This document shows, piece by piece, positions 29,298-38,741 of a DNA stretch of 64,000 bases (positions are counted from its first letter, which is position 1; the number at the start of each line of letters is the position of its first letter). A model generated the notes under the pieces. That model saw only the letters and a list, made by a program, of their open reading frames with translations. It did no database searches and was not told the origin of the DNA. A program made the position numbers and the translations under genes. The stretch spans positions 11,688-75,687 of the forward strand of contig CAZZCX010000003.1 in assembly GCA_964653195.1 (NCBI GenBank), read 5' to 3'. The stretch comes from an uncultured Gammaproteobacteria bacterium (GTDB lineage Bacteria > Patescibacteriota > Microgenomatia > Levybacterales > UBA12049).

Positions 29298-29645
29298 TTA
29301 GTTTGTTTTAATAGAGTCAACTATGTGCTTAAATGTTTTTGCATCGTTGACTAAAATATCATTTAGAATTTTTCGATCAAGTTGTACATTTGCTTTTTTA
29401 AGTGAATCTATAAAGACACTATAAGACATGCCTTCATTTTTTACGGCTTCGCTTAACCGTGTAATCCACAGAGTGCGAAAATTTCTTTTTCTTAATTTTC
29501 TACCATGATAAGAATAAGCATCAGCATGTAAGACAGCTTCCTTAGCTGCTCTTATAAGCTTACTCTTAGTACCCCTATAACCTTTTGTAAGGTCTGCAAG
29601 TTTATTGTGTCTTCGTCTTGATACTATTCCTCTTTTTACTCTCAT
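29298..29645 (-). CDS. rplT: 50S ribosomal protein L20
   Basis: MRVKRGIVSRRRHNKLADLTKGYRG... is a canonical L20 sequence. Confidence 0.9.
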   Translation of the reverse strand: MRVKRGIVSRRRHNKLADLTKGYRGTKSKLIRAAKEAVLHADAYSYHGRKLRKRNFRTLWITRLSEAVKNEGMSYSVFIDSLKKANVQLDRKILNDILVNDAKTFKHIVDSIKTN

Positions 29646-29723
29646 ATGATGATTTACACGGATTGTAAACTGATTTTCGCGGATAATCCGTGTGTATCCG
29701 CTTAATTTCTGTGAAAATCTTCT

Positions 29724-29921
29724 CTAGGCTACACCTAACATTCTTTTCACTTTTTTTGCAAATGCTCCTTGTAATACTCCTGGTTCTTTTTGTCTCCTTA
29801 ATCTTCTTTTTGATTTATTCAATTTTAAGTGAGATCCGAATTGATGGCCGAACATTACTTTTCCGGTTTTTGTTACTTTAAATCTTCTATTTGCTGATTG
29901 TCTTACTTTCACTTTGGACAT
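29724..29921 (-). CDS. rpmI: 50S ribosomal protein L35
   Basis: A 65-aa basic protein, MSKVKVRQSANRRFKVTKTGKV. Confidence 0.85.
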   Translation of the reverse strand: MSKVKVRQSANRRFKVTKTGKVMFGHQFGSHLKLNKSKRRLRRQKEPGVLQGAFAKKVKRMLGVA

Positions 29922-30462
29922 GTTTTTTCCTTTCCGGAGAAACGACAGCTACCATCTGTCTCCCTTCCATTTTTGCTTCTCTATCAACTTTTGATATATC
30001 CTGAACTGCCGCAATTACTTTATCCATTACAATTCTTCCAAATTCAGATCTAGTCACTTCTCGTCCTCTGAATTTTACAACTAATTTGATTTTATTGCCT
30101 TCAGTCAGAAATTCTCGGCATCTTTTGATCATATTACCGAGATCATTGTCAGACATAAATGGTCCTAGTCTGACTTCTTTTGTATCGGAACTTTTAGTTT
30201 TCCGCTTCTCTTCCCTTTTCCGTTTCTCTTCTTGGTAAAGAAATTTTTTAAAATCGATAATTTTTGCTACAGGTGGCTTAGCTAATGGCGCAATTTCAAC
30301 AAGGTCCAGTCCTGCATTTCTTGCTTTTTCTAAAGCCTCAAATTTGGACAGTACCCCGATTTGTTTACCTGTGTCATCTATGACCCTGAGCGTTGTTGCA
30401 TAAATTCGCTCATTTATTCGGTAAAATTTTTTCGTTTGTTGAGTTTTATGCTTTCTTATCAA
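29887..30462 (-). CDS. infC: Translation initiation factor IF-3. The start codon is uncertain; IF-3 often uses an unusual start.
   Basis: INERIYATTLRVIDDTGKQIGV (N-domain), EVRLGPFMSDNDL...KIKLVVKFRGRE (C-domain). Confidence 0.85.
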   Translation of the reverse strand: MIRKHKTQQTKKFYRINERIYATTLRVIDDTGKQIGVLSKFEALEKARNAGLDLVEIAPLAKPPVAKIIDFKKFLYQEEKRKREEKRKTKSSDTKEVRLGPFMSDNDLGNMIKRCREFLTEGNKIKLVVKFRGREVTRSEFGRIVMDKVIAAVQDISKVDREAKMEGRQMVAVVSPERKKHVQSESKTISK

Positions 30463-32188
30463 TTTTCTCCTGTAACTCCATTATAAACTGATCAATTTTT
30501 TGTATTCCCAAATCCTTCCCTTCTCGAGTCCGGATAGAAATTCCTTCTTGATCAATTTCTTTGTCCCCTATTATACCCATAAATGGTGTTTTTTGTAAAG
30601 TCGCAGCTCGAATCTTTGCTTGTAGTGTTTCTTTATCGTTGTTTACATCAGTGCGGATTCCTTTCTCAATAAATTGTGTGGCTAATTTTTGAGCGTATTC
30701 GGTATGCCTGTCAGCTATGGGAAGTATGGAAAGCTGTAAAGGTGAAAGCCAAAGAGGGAAAGCGCCGGCTGTATGTTCTATATAGACAGAAAGAAACCGT
30801 TCTAGCGCTCCAGCCAAGGCGAAATGAATCATGACAGGGGTTTGTTCTTTTCCCTCACTATCAATATACTTTAACTTGAAACGTTTTGGTTGTACAAAAT
30901 CAAGCTGAGGTGTACCTAATTGCCATTCCCTGTTTAGTGCATCCTGAACCATAAAATCAATTTTCGGACCATAAAATGCTGCTTCTCCCTCTGCTATAAA
31001 ATATTCGAGATTATTCTTTTCGGCTATAGATAAAAGTATCTGTTGTGCTTTCTCCCATAAATCTGTATCCCCTAAATATTTTTCAGGTGTTTCATTACTT
31101 CTGAAAGATAATCGTGCCCTAAATTTCATATTGAGTGCCGAATAGAACTCTTTGACTATTTCGATCATTTCTCCGTATACCGATTCAATTTGGTCGATGC
31201 GACAAAAAGAATGACTGTCATCCTGTGTAACAGCTCTTACGCGTGATAAACCAAGTAATTCACCAGCTTTTTCATCCCGGTAAATAGTAGTAGTTTCAAG
31301 ATACTTTATAGGTAGGTCTCTATAGCTTCTAGTTTTAGATGCGTAAATTTGCTGATGATGAGGACAATTCATCGGTTTCATAACAAGTTGGTCAGTTGTC
31401 TCCTGGCTTTTTACGAGAAATAATTCATCGCCGAATTTATCCCAGTGTCCTGAAGTTTTATATAGATCATTTTTAGTAATATGAGGAACCCATACTTTTT
31501 GATAACCTCTTTTGAGCCTTAATTCTTGAGAAAAATCATTGATCAACTCGCGTAGAATTGTACCCTTCGGTGTAAAAAGAGGTAGTCCTTTACCGACTAG
31601 GTCTGAGAAAACAAATAAATCAAGTTCTTTGCCAAGTTTACGGTGATCTCTTTTTTGGGCTTCTTGAAGAAGATGTATATAGTCTTCAAGTTCTTTTTTG
31701 GTAGCAAATGCTGCACCATAGATACGTGTCAGCATTTTATTTTTTTCATCTCCTCTCCAGTAAGCGCCTGCTATAGATAAAAGTTTGAAAGCACCTATTT
31801 CATTTTTAGGATTATTTACGTGTCCGCCTTTGCATAAATCCCAGTAATTTCCAGATTTGTAAAAAGTTACGGTTTGTCCCTCTTTCGTAAATTCCTCTAT
31901 TAGTTCAAGTTTAAATTCATTACCTGGATATTCTTTTTTGGCCTCTATAGGCGTAAGTGTGTGTGCTTCAAATGAATCCCAAGAGGATAATATTTCCTGC
32001 ATTTTAGCTTCAATTTTTGGAAAATCGTCTTCTGATATTGGTTTCTTGAAGTCGAAATCAAAGTAAAATCCATTTTCAATAGCAGGACCAATAGTTCGTT
32101 TTGTGTCTGGCCAAAGCTCCATAACAGCAGCTGCTAGTAAATGCGCTGTCGAATGCCTTAGGTTACTGAGATATTGTTGATCCTGCAT
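30446..32188 (-). CDS. thrS: Threonine--tRNA ligase (lacks the N-terminal TGS extension)
   Basis: The N-terminal second additional domain with HSTAHLL is followed by a class II core and an anticodon-binding domain. It begins the operon. Confidence 0.9.
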   Translation of the reverse strand: MQDQQYLSNLRHSTAHLLAAAVMELWPDTKRTIGPAIENGFYFDFDFKKPISEDDFPKIEAKMQEILSSWDSFEAHTLTPIEAKKEYPGNEFKLELIEEFTKEGQTVTFYKSGNYWDLCKGGHVNNPKNEIGAFKLLSIAGAYWRGDEKNKMLTRIYGAAFATKKELEDYIHLLQEAQKRDHRKLGKELDLFVFSDLVGKGLPLFTPKGTILRELINDFSQELRLKRGYQKVWVPHITKNDLYKTSGHWDKFGDELFLVKSQETTDQLVMKPMNCPHHQQIYASKTRSYRDLPIKYLETTTIYRDEKAGELLGLSRVRAVTQDDSHSFCRIDQIESVYGEMIEIVKEFYSALNMKFRARLSFRSNETPEKYLGDTDLWEKAQQILLSIAEKNNLEYFIAEGEAAFYGPKIDFMVQDALNREWQLGTPQLDFVQPKRFKLKYIDSEGKEQTPVMIHFALAGALERFLSVYIEHTAGAFPLWLSPLQLSILPIADRHTEYAQKLATQFIEKGIRTDVNNDKETLQAKIRAATLQKTPFMGIIGDKEIDQEGISIRTREGKDLGIQKIDQFIMELQEKIDKKA

Positions 32189-32256
32189 ATTTTTATTAAC
32201 TATTAACTATTCGCAATCTAACTACAATGGCTTTACTATAGCAAATTCAGTATTAC

Positions 32257-32284
32257 TTGACAATTGATGAGATAAATTTATAAT
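32257..32284 (+). promoter_or_regulatory. Sigma-70-like promoter (TTGACA, 16 bp, TATAAT) for the ATP-grasp/M20 operon
   Basis: Exact consensus hexamers with a 16-bp spacer, about 65 bp upstream of the GTG start at 32351. Confidence 0.55.
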
Positions 32285-32350
32285 TACATAATGATTGTGA
32301 AATATGCCGTAAATAATTCAAAGAAACACCTCTCGTAAGGAGGGGTTTTC

Positions 32351-33691
32351 GTGTTATTTAATTACGACCCCTCTGAAGAGGGGTTTTTTAGTGGAATAAA
32401 TATGAAAGAAAAATATAACAGAATAATTGCACATTCATCTGTCGAAGCTTATCGAAATGATGGTGATGATGAAGATAGGTACTATATACCTTGGCGTGTT
32501 GCTGCAGAAGCTGCAGGAAGAATCAAAAACGGCGAAAGAGTACTTACAGTGCTACCTAGAAAGGATAGGTTTAATGAATACCTTACGTTATTAAGTGAGG
32601 TATTACTAAAAGGTACCCCAATACCCATATTGTTTACTCCAGATAATGATTATTTGATGGACGTTGATATAAGACACCATTTATTGCCACAATTGTCGGG
32701 CATGGTAGATAGAGATACCACAGTCATTCCCTATCAAGCAACAAATGAATTTTATGACTGGGCTCAGGTTTTAGAGCAGGAAAAGGGTATAAAAATCTAT
32801 GCAGATCGTAAAAGAGAAGATTTAAGATTCTGGTGGGGTCATAAAGGAGCTTATCATAGATGGATAGATGATATTGAAACTCCATCTCCGTATGAAAATA
32901 TAGGTATTTCTATCCCTAGAGGTTATATAGCTCAGAATTATGAAGAACTTGAAGGTGCCAGAAGTTTATTGGGGTCAGGAATAGTCGTTAAGCCAATTTT
33001 TGGTGCTGGAGGTTTTCAGATTGAGAAATTTGGCGAAACTGAAAATTTATCAGGATATGACTGGCCAATTGATCCACATACTAAAAGAAATATGCCAGTT
33101 GCAGTGCAGGAGTGTTTGCCGATCTCAAATGATATATTTGGCGAGAGAGTCTATTCACACCAGTTTGCAGGACAAAAATTACAAGGACGACTGACAAGGC
33201 AAATTATGGATTCTGATACAGGTAGGCAATGGATAGGCAATAGAATTCCTGCAGGTGTTTCAGTTGATTTCGAACGAAAAGCTGACAGAATGTGTGAGAT
33301 GTTAATAGATCGAATTAATCCTCTTGGTGATGGCGGAATAGATTTAGCTGAAGTATTAGGTGAACCTGTATTGATAGAAGTAAATGGTGGCAGGCCGACA
33401 GGGGCGACAGGTCCTAAGATATTTCAAGCATCTTTTGCTCCTGATGCTCCGCATTTTATTTTTACTAAAGTAGCACCAAATGGCTATTCAGCTCATGATG
33501 CGTGGGACAGTTTGCATAGAGTTACTGGACCTAGATCAAAACGGAAAATAGTTTTTCAAGAAAGAACTAGACGAGGTGTATTCCCAATGGTTTGGTTGAA
33601 TGATTCGTGGGGTATGCTTGCAAGCTTTGGTGATTCATATGAGGAAGCTGACTCGCAGCTAAAACAAGCGCGTGATAAATTAGGAGTATGA
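32351..33691 (+). CDS. ATP-grasp family ligase of unknown specificity. The GTG start at 32351 has an AAGGAGG 7 nt upstream; the alternative ATG is at 32402.
   Basis: ATP-grasp hallmarks are present: IVVKPIFGAGGFQI (the K and glycine-rich loop) and VLIEVNGGRPTG (the C-terminal Mg/ATP site). The roughly 180-aa N-terminal region is unassigned. GC is higher than the neighbours. Confidence 0.6.
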   Translation: MLFNYDPSEEGFFSGINMKEKYNRIIAHSSVEAYRNDGDDEDRYYIPWRVAAEAAGRIKNGERVLTVLPRKDRFNEYLTLLSEVLLKGTPIPILFTPDNDYLMDVDIRHHLLPQLSGMVDRDTTVIPYQATNEFYDWAQVLEQEKGIKIYADRKREDLRFWWGHKGAYHRWIDDIETPSPYENIGISIPRGYIAQNYEELEGARSLLGSGIVVKPIFGAGGFQIEKFGETENLSGYDWPIDPHTKRNMPVAVQECLPISNDIFGERVYSHQFAGQKLQGRLTRQIMDSDTGRQWIGNRIPAGVSVDFERKADRMCEMLIDRINPLGDGGIDLAEVLGEPVLIEVNGGRPTGATGPKIFQASFAPDAPHFIFTKVAPNGYSAHDAWDSLHRVTGPRSKRKIVFQERTRRGVFPMVWLNDSWGMLASFGDSYEEADSQLKQARDKLGV

Positions 33692-34752
33692 ATACAGCAA
33701 TGATTAATTTATTTTTGGACTTAGTTAAAATTGATAGTCCCACTGGAGAGGAAGCAAATGTATTGAAATACGTAAATACATTTCTTAAGAAATTTGGAAT
33801 AAATTCACACTTTGACGATTTCGGTAATTTATATGCAAAGATCGATGGATTTTTAAATCCAATTCTACTTTCTGCACATGCTGATACTGTTGAGCCGGGA
33901 AGAAATATAAAACCGAAGATAATAGACGGAATTATAAAAAGCGATGGGAAAACGATACTTGGTGCGGACAATAAAGTAGGCCTTGCAGTGATTCTTGACA
34001 CAATTCGCGAGCTAATTGAAAAAAAAATACCTCATAGAAATTTAGAATTTGTGGTTACGAGATCTGAAGAATCAGGTAATTATGGAGCTATAAATTTGAA
34101 CTATTCACAAATATCTGCAAAAATCGGTTATATATTTGATAATAGTAACCCAATCGGAACTATAATTTCCGCATCACCCTTTTATTACCGATTTGACATG
34201 AAATTTATTGGTAAAGCTGCGCATGCATCTAGTCCTCAAAAGGCAATTAATATACTACCTGCGTTTTCTGATTTTATAAATTCTATAAAACTTGGAAGAA
34301 TTAATGAACAATTGATAGCCAATATTGGAGTAATAAATTCGGGTCATGTGCGAAATTCAATTCCAGGGGAATTATATATTGAAGGAGAGGTACGGGGGTT
34401 CAAAAACGATGAAGTCCAAGAGTTTTTAAATATACTGATCTTGAATGCAAAAAAATCAGCCTACAAATATGGTTGTAAAATAAAATATGAAACAGTTTGT
34501 GAGAATAGCGGATATATGTATTATAGAAATGATCAGTTTATAAAAGAGACTATAGTAAAAATGAGATTAATAAAGCGTCAATTTAGACTCAAAAAATCCT
34601 TAGGATGTTCAGACGCAAATATTTTTCAGGAACACGGGATAAAGGTGCTAGATTTGGGAGATGGCTCGAAGAATTCACACACAGTAAATGAATCTATAGA
34701 AATTAAAAACTTATTAAATTTGAAAAGTTTACTTATTTCTTTGGTGACCTAA
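33688..34752 (+). CDS. M20-family metallopeptidase (PepT/tripeptidase-like)
   Basis: HADTVEPG and DGKTILGADNKVGLAVIL (metal-binding Asp) and the RSEESGNYGA (Glu-Glu) motif. A 4-nt ATGA overlap with the upstream gene indicates coupling. Confidence 0.7.
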   Translation: MNTAMINLFLDLVKIDSPTGEEANVLKYVNTFLKKFGINSHFDDFGNLYAKIDGFLNPILLSAHADTVEPGRNIKPKIIDGIIKSDGKTILGADNKVGLAVILDTIRELIEKKIPHRNLEFVVTRSEESGNYGAINLNYSQISAKIGYIFDNSNPIGTIISASPFYYRFDMKFIGKAAHASSPQKAINILPAFSDFINSIKLGRINEQLIANIGVINSGHVRNSIPGELYIEGEVRGFKNDEVQEFLNILILNAKKSAYKYGCKIKYETVCENSGYMYYRNDQFIKETIVKMRLIKRQFRLKKSLGCSDANIFQEHGIKVLDLGDGSKNSHTVNESIEIKNLLNLKSLLISLVT

Positions 34753-34762
34753 AATTTCAGAA

Positions 34763-35008
34763 TCACTGGATGCGTATGCTTTGATTATGTTGTAGTACAA
34801 AATCAATAATTTCAGATACAAAAGAACCTACGACCGGCACCAGATTTGCTTGAGTTGCGATAAAGCCAAGAATTGCTACAATTAATGATACGCCGAATGT
34901 AGCACCAAGTCCCCATGCGATTCCACCTATAAAGTTATTAAAAAATATCTCACCTCTGCTTTTATAAATATGATTTGATTTCTCATCTACCATAAAGTAA
35001 TTATTCAA
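34763..35008 (-). CDS. Small membrane protein (two TM segments), function unknown
   Basis: An 81-aa protein with a hydrophobic GGIAWGLGATFGVSLIVAILGFIATQANLVPVVG segment. Confidence 0.4.
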   Translation of the reverse strand: MNNYFMVDEKSNHIYKSRGEIFFNNFIGGIAWGLGATFGVSLIVAILGFIATQANLVPVVGSFVSEIIDFVLQHNQSIRIQ

Positions 35009-35111
35009 TAAAATAAATCATATTACAAGGATTCTTAACTTAAATTGTGAATAATGAAATTGGAAAAATTTAATTTACTAAATACTAAATACTAAATACT
35101 AGATACTAAAT

Positions 35112-35699
35112 CTATAATCCTAGTTCTTTATGAATCCCCTGCATTGCTTTTAGTACGATTGAAATAAATTCCTTTAGTGGGATTTTCAGTTTATCTTCAC
35201 AAAGCAATATTGATTCTCTTTTTGCTCCTTTTGCAAATGCTTTTTCTCCGAAACGTTTCAATATATACTCTGGTGTGAGTGATTCAAGTTTTTTATCTGG
35301 GTGTACAAGTGCGCCAGCGACAATAAGGCCAGTAAGCTGATCTGCGCAGAATATTGCCCAATCAAGTGTTGAATTTGGCATCACACCTGTCATTTCGAAA
35401 TTGTGTGATTTGATAGCATGAGCAATTGGTTCAGGAATTGCATCGGGTTCGTATTCTTTTTCAAAAATTAGTTTTCCATGCAAATCCAATCTATTTGTAT
35501 TTTGTGCGACTTCATAATCTATATCATGAAGTAAGCCTGTTATTCCCCAAATTATTTCATCGTTTTCTTTTTGTTTATCATTTGGTGTCAAATATTTATA
35601 TATCCCTTTCATTGCTGCTTCTGCAGCTAAGGAATGCTTGATAAGATTTTTATTTTGAAGATATTTGGTGAGTAATTTGTACCCTTGATTTCTATCCAT
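35112..35699 (-). CDS. HD-domain phosphohydrolase
   Basis: HSLAAEAAMKGI ... GLLHDIDYE (the H...HD metal-binding pattern). Confidence 0.65.
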   Translation of the reverse strand: MDRNQGYKLLTKYLQNKNLIKHSLAAEAAMKGIYKYLTPNDKQKENDEIIWGITGLLHDIDYEVAQNTNRLDLHGKLIFEKEYEPDAIPEPIAHAIKSHNFEMTGVMPNSTLDWAIFCADQLTGLIVAGALVHPDKKLESLTPEYILKRFGEKAFAKGAKRESILLCEDKLKIPLKEFISIVLKAMQGIHKELGL

Positions 35700-35703
35700 A
35701 AAG

Positions 35704-35777
35704 TGGGCCCGAGAAGATTCGAACTTCTGACCTTTGCAATGTCAATGCAACGCTCTAACCAACTGAGCTACGAGCCC
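35704..35777 (-). tRNA. tRNA-Val (anticodon GAC)
   Basis: Manual fold of the reverse complement: acceptor GGGCUCG/CGGGCCC, D-loop AGUUGGUUA, anticodon stem UUGCA/UGCAA with loop UUGACAU, and T-arm AGAAG-UUCGAAU-CUUCU. No encoded CCA. Confidence 0.8.
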
Positions 35778-35895
35778 AAAAAACTAGGTTCAATTGTAAC
35801 AAAATGAATATGCGAAAACAACGTACATACAATTTTATACCAATCATTCATGTTATAGAAATACTTTCTTAATTATATAAAAAACTAATATATAC

Positions 35896-36714
35896 TTAAG
35901 AAGATTTATATCTTTGAAGATAAGTACCTAATTCAGGAACATTATTTATGTAATGGTATGGGGCTGTCAGTAAACCAGATAGATTTGGACCAACTAATAT
36001 ATTACTTCCAGTCGCATTATTTACAAACGCGGGAATATCATTATGGTCGTTGCCAGCAAATAATACATCTGTTGGGTCAAAACCTAATAACTCCCTAATA
36101 TCACTCAGTCCAGTACCTTTATCAATACCGCGCCTATTAACATTTACTAGTCCTTCGTTTGTACTAGCGTTAATACCATTTGGTAATGCTGTAATCCATT
36201 CGTCATTTAGGGGTTTAATTGCAAGCATACTGGGATTATCGATTTTTGCCTTATGTTCGAACGAACTTGGAGGTAGGTGAGAAACTACTGCAAAATGTCC
36301 ATATTTTTTTTGTAATTGTTCTGCGTTGCTAGCGTTAGGAGTCCAGACAACAGCTTTTCTACGTGTCTTCTCAGGAAAATAAGCAACGAAATTGACGTCT
36401 CCCATAAGTGTGGCGTCTACAACTGCGGTTATTTCACTTGAATGCAATGGATGGTATATGATGTTTTGCCTGCCTCCCCATTTTGTAATCCTTGAACCAT
36501 TTTCTAAACCAACGAGAATTCCTCTTCTGACTAATGATGGGTAATTTAAGCCTAGTGCTTCTCGAGCCCGCTTATAGCCTCTTCCTGTAAGTATTGTGGT
36601 AATTACTCCTTCTGAATAAAGATTGCGAAATCCTTCTATAACTTCAGGCGGTATCCCCTCACTATTTCGTATTGTGCCATCAATATCAAAAATACCCAAT
36701 CGTATGTTTTCCAT
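35896..36714 (-). CDS. HAD-superfamily hydrolase (Cof/HAD-IIB-like phosphatase)
   Basis: Motif I FDIDGTI near the N-terminus and motif III/IV AGNDHNDIPAF near the C-terminus. Confidence 0.7.
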   Translation of the reverse strand: MENIRLGIFDIDGTIRNSEGIPPEVIEGFRNLYSEGVITTILTGRGYKRAREALGLNYPSLVRRGILVGLENGSRITKWGGRQNIIYHPLHSSEITAVVDATLMGDVNFVAYFPEKTRRKAVVWTPNASNAEQLQKKYGHFAVVSHLPPSSFEHKAKIDNPSMLAIKPLNDEWITALPNGINASTNEGLVNVNRRGIDKGTGLSDIRELLGFDPTDVLFAGNDHNDIPAFVNNATGSNILVGPNLSGLLTAPYHYINNVPELGTYLQRYKSS

Positions 36715-36747
36715 AAATATAAATTATACTATAGGATTATTAAAAGA

Positions 36748-37596
36748 TCAAATTAAAGCTCCGATTGAGGCAGGATGATTTATTGTGGTTATTTTAAACT
36801 CTCGTGCTTGCATAAATTTAGGTAGTTTTTTTGAATAATTCTTTGTAACTTGCGGTAACCATGATTCCGCAGATTTAGTTACAGAACCTCCAAATACAAA
36901 CAATTCCGGGTTATAGAAATAAGATAAGTTCACGATAAAGTTACTTAGATAGTTCACATACATAATTACAATATCATTATGTTTTCCATCAAATATTTCT
37001 TCAGGCGGGAGGATTTTACCTGTTTTATAAATACTTAACGACTTTAGACCCTTACCTGCTAAAAGATTATCTGCGGTTTCAAATTGTTTTTTTTCATAAC
37101 TCCAAATATCCATGGGAGATATTTCTCCAGCCATATTACTAGAACCCCTTAAAATAATGCCATTCTCTATAGCAACTACGCGAATACCTGTGCCTAAGTT
37201 TATGTAGACTAAAGAATTATGTTTTTTACCGTACCCATATAATTTTTCTGCTTTTGCCATGCATATAACATCGTTATCTGAATCAAAAGATTTGTAGTTT
37301 AGATACTTGTTTGCAATAGAACTAATATCAACCCCATTTCCTCCGTTTATTAAACTGGAATATATAATTCTGTTATTCATAATCGCACAATTTATACTTA
37401 CACCAAGTTTTTCATATCTTGAACCTCCAAATTCATTAGCTATAAGCACAAAAAGATTTTTAAGATCATTTAAATTTTTATGTTTAAATAAAATCGTAGT
37501 ATCTAGGCGTATTTCTTTTATTATTTCTAGGCTTTTAGTAAATTCTACACAAAGTATTTTTGTACCGCCTATGTCGATGGAGAGAAATTTTTTCAT
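36748..37596 (-). CDS. ROK/BadF-type sugar kinase (ASKHA fold)
   Basis: N-terminal LSIDIGGTKI phosphate-1 motif. GGSVTKS lies near the C-terminus. Confidence 0.6.
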   Translation of the reverse strand: MKKFLSIDIGGTKILCVEFTKSLEIIKEIRLDTTILFKHKNLNDLKNLFVLIANEFGGSRYEKLGVSINCAIMNNRIIYSSLINGGNGVDISSIANKYLNYKSFDSDNDVICMAKAEKLYGYGKKHNSLVYINLGTGIRVVAIENGIILRGSSNMAGEISPMDIWSYEKKQFETADNLLAGKGLKSLSIYKTGKILPPEEIFDGKHNDIVIMYVNYLSNFIVNLSYFYNPELFVFGGSVTKSAESWLPQVTKNYSKKLPKFMQAREFKITTINHPASIGALI

Positions 37597-38741
37597 TTTT
37601 TTATATAATAAAATGGCTTGTTTTCTTTATCTTCTTTCCAGTAGACCCTAATAAATGTTTCCTTCATTCTCAATACATCGATTAGATATTCAATAGTAAA
37701 TATATTTTTTTTCACATGAAAAACAGGGACACCATGATACGGAAGTCGAATACAATTTTTATTTACTGGAATTATACCTAATCGATTTGGTTTAGGAGAA
37801 ACTGAAAGTGTAATTGCGTTAGGTACAGTTTTCTCAATAAAATTTAAGTCATCTCTTACCATTAAGTATGCATGATAGTTTAACAAAGTTTCATGGGTCA
37901 TAGCTTTTATATATTTTCGTATTTTCACTACTTCTGCTGTCGCTATTTTATTTCTGAGTTTTATATTATATACATCCATAAGTACCGAATTAGATACACC
38001 TAGATCTCGTGTATTAATTATTCTAGAAATGGAAAGCTTAGCTCCTTTATATTTTTTTAAAAAGTTTTTATCGGCATTTAGATAAAGGTTTTTAAGTTTA
38101 TTTACTTTTTCACCAAACACATCATTGAAATTATTTATCAGTTGTTCCATACTTTCCAATTCAACTATAAATAGTGAATTATCCCAGTTGAATTTTTTTA
38201 TAATTTCTATTAACAAGTCTTTATATGAATCATACTCAGATTTATCCATCTTGTTATACCTTCCAAATACACCTTCAGTCACAATTGTTATCTTTGCCCC
38301 AGGTTTATAGACCTTGCGAATTAACTCAGTTAGAAAATGTAATCTTTTTAAAGATAAAACTTCTCCCATATCAGGGAGCGATCGATTAGTTTTTATTGGA
38401 ACAGGCATTTTAAACGGAAAACCAAGAATTGTCAGCTGTATTGGTTTATTTTGATTTATAAAATATTGAAATGATTCTAGCCAGAAATCAGTGTTGTCAA
38501 TAACAAATTTTTTAGGCCCAAAAATAATTTCATCATCTACGAAAATATTTAGAATTTTTTCAGCGATAGAATTACCACTTAGAATTAATTCTGGATAAGA
38601 TAAAGAAGATAGTAGATCTTTCAAGTTTTCTGTAGAAGCTAATCGGTTCGGTTTAAATACCGCTTTAATTTGCTTCTTAGATAAATCCATGAAGTTCGTA
38701 CTTGGATAAACATATGGATTTGATTTCATTTTCATATTCAT
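37593..38741 (-). CDS. Uncharacterized enzyme-like protein, distant paralog of the upstream 435-aa ORF
   Basis: It shares a conserved block with 38741-40048: LSLKRLHFLTELIRKVYKPGAKITIVTEG versus AEFEMLRYQAVMGRVAKEIGLNINFTIVDET. It is coupled to both neighbours by overlapping stop/start codons. Confidence 0.35.
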   Translation of the reverse strand: MNMKMKSNPYVYPSTNFMDLSKKQIKAVFKPNRLASTENLKDLLSSLSYPELILSGNSIAEKILNIFVDDEIIFGPKKFVIDNTDFWLESFQYFINQNKPIQLTILGFPFKMPVPIKTNRSLPDMGEVLSLKRLHFLTELIRKVYKPGAKITIVTEGVFGRYNKMDKSEYDSYKDLLIEIIKKFNWDNSLFIVELESMEQLINNFNDVFGEKVNKLKNLYLNADKNFLKKYKGAKLSISRIINTRDLGVSNSVLMDVYNIKLRNKIATAEVVKIRKYIKAMTHETLLNYHAYLMVRDDLNFIEKTVPNAITLSVSPKPNRLGIIPVNKNCIRLPYHGVPVFHVKKNIFTIEYLIDVLRMKETFIRVYWKEDKENKPFYYIKK

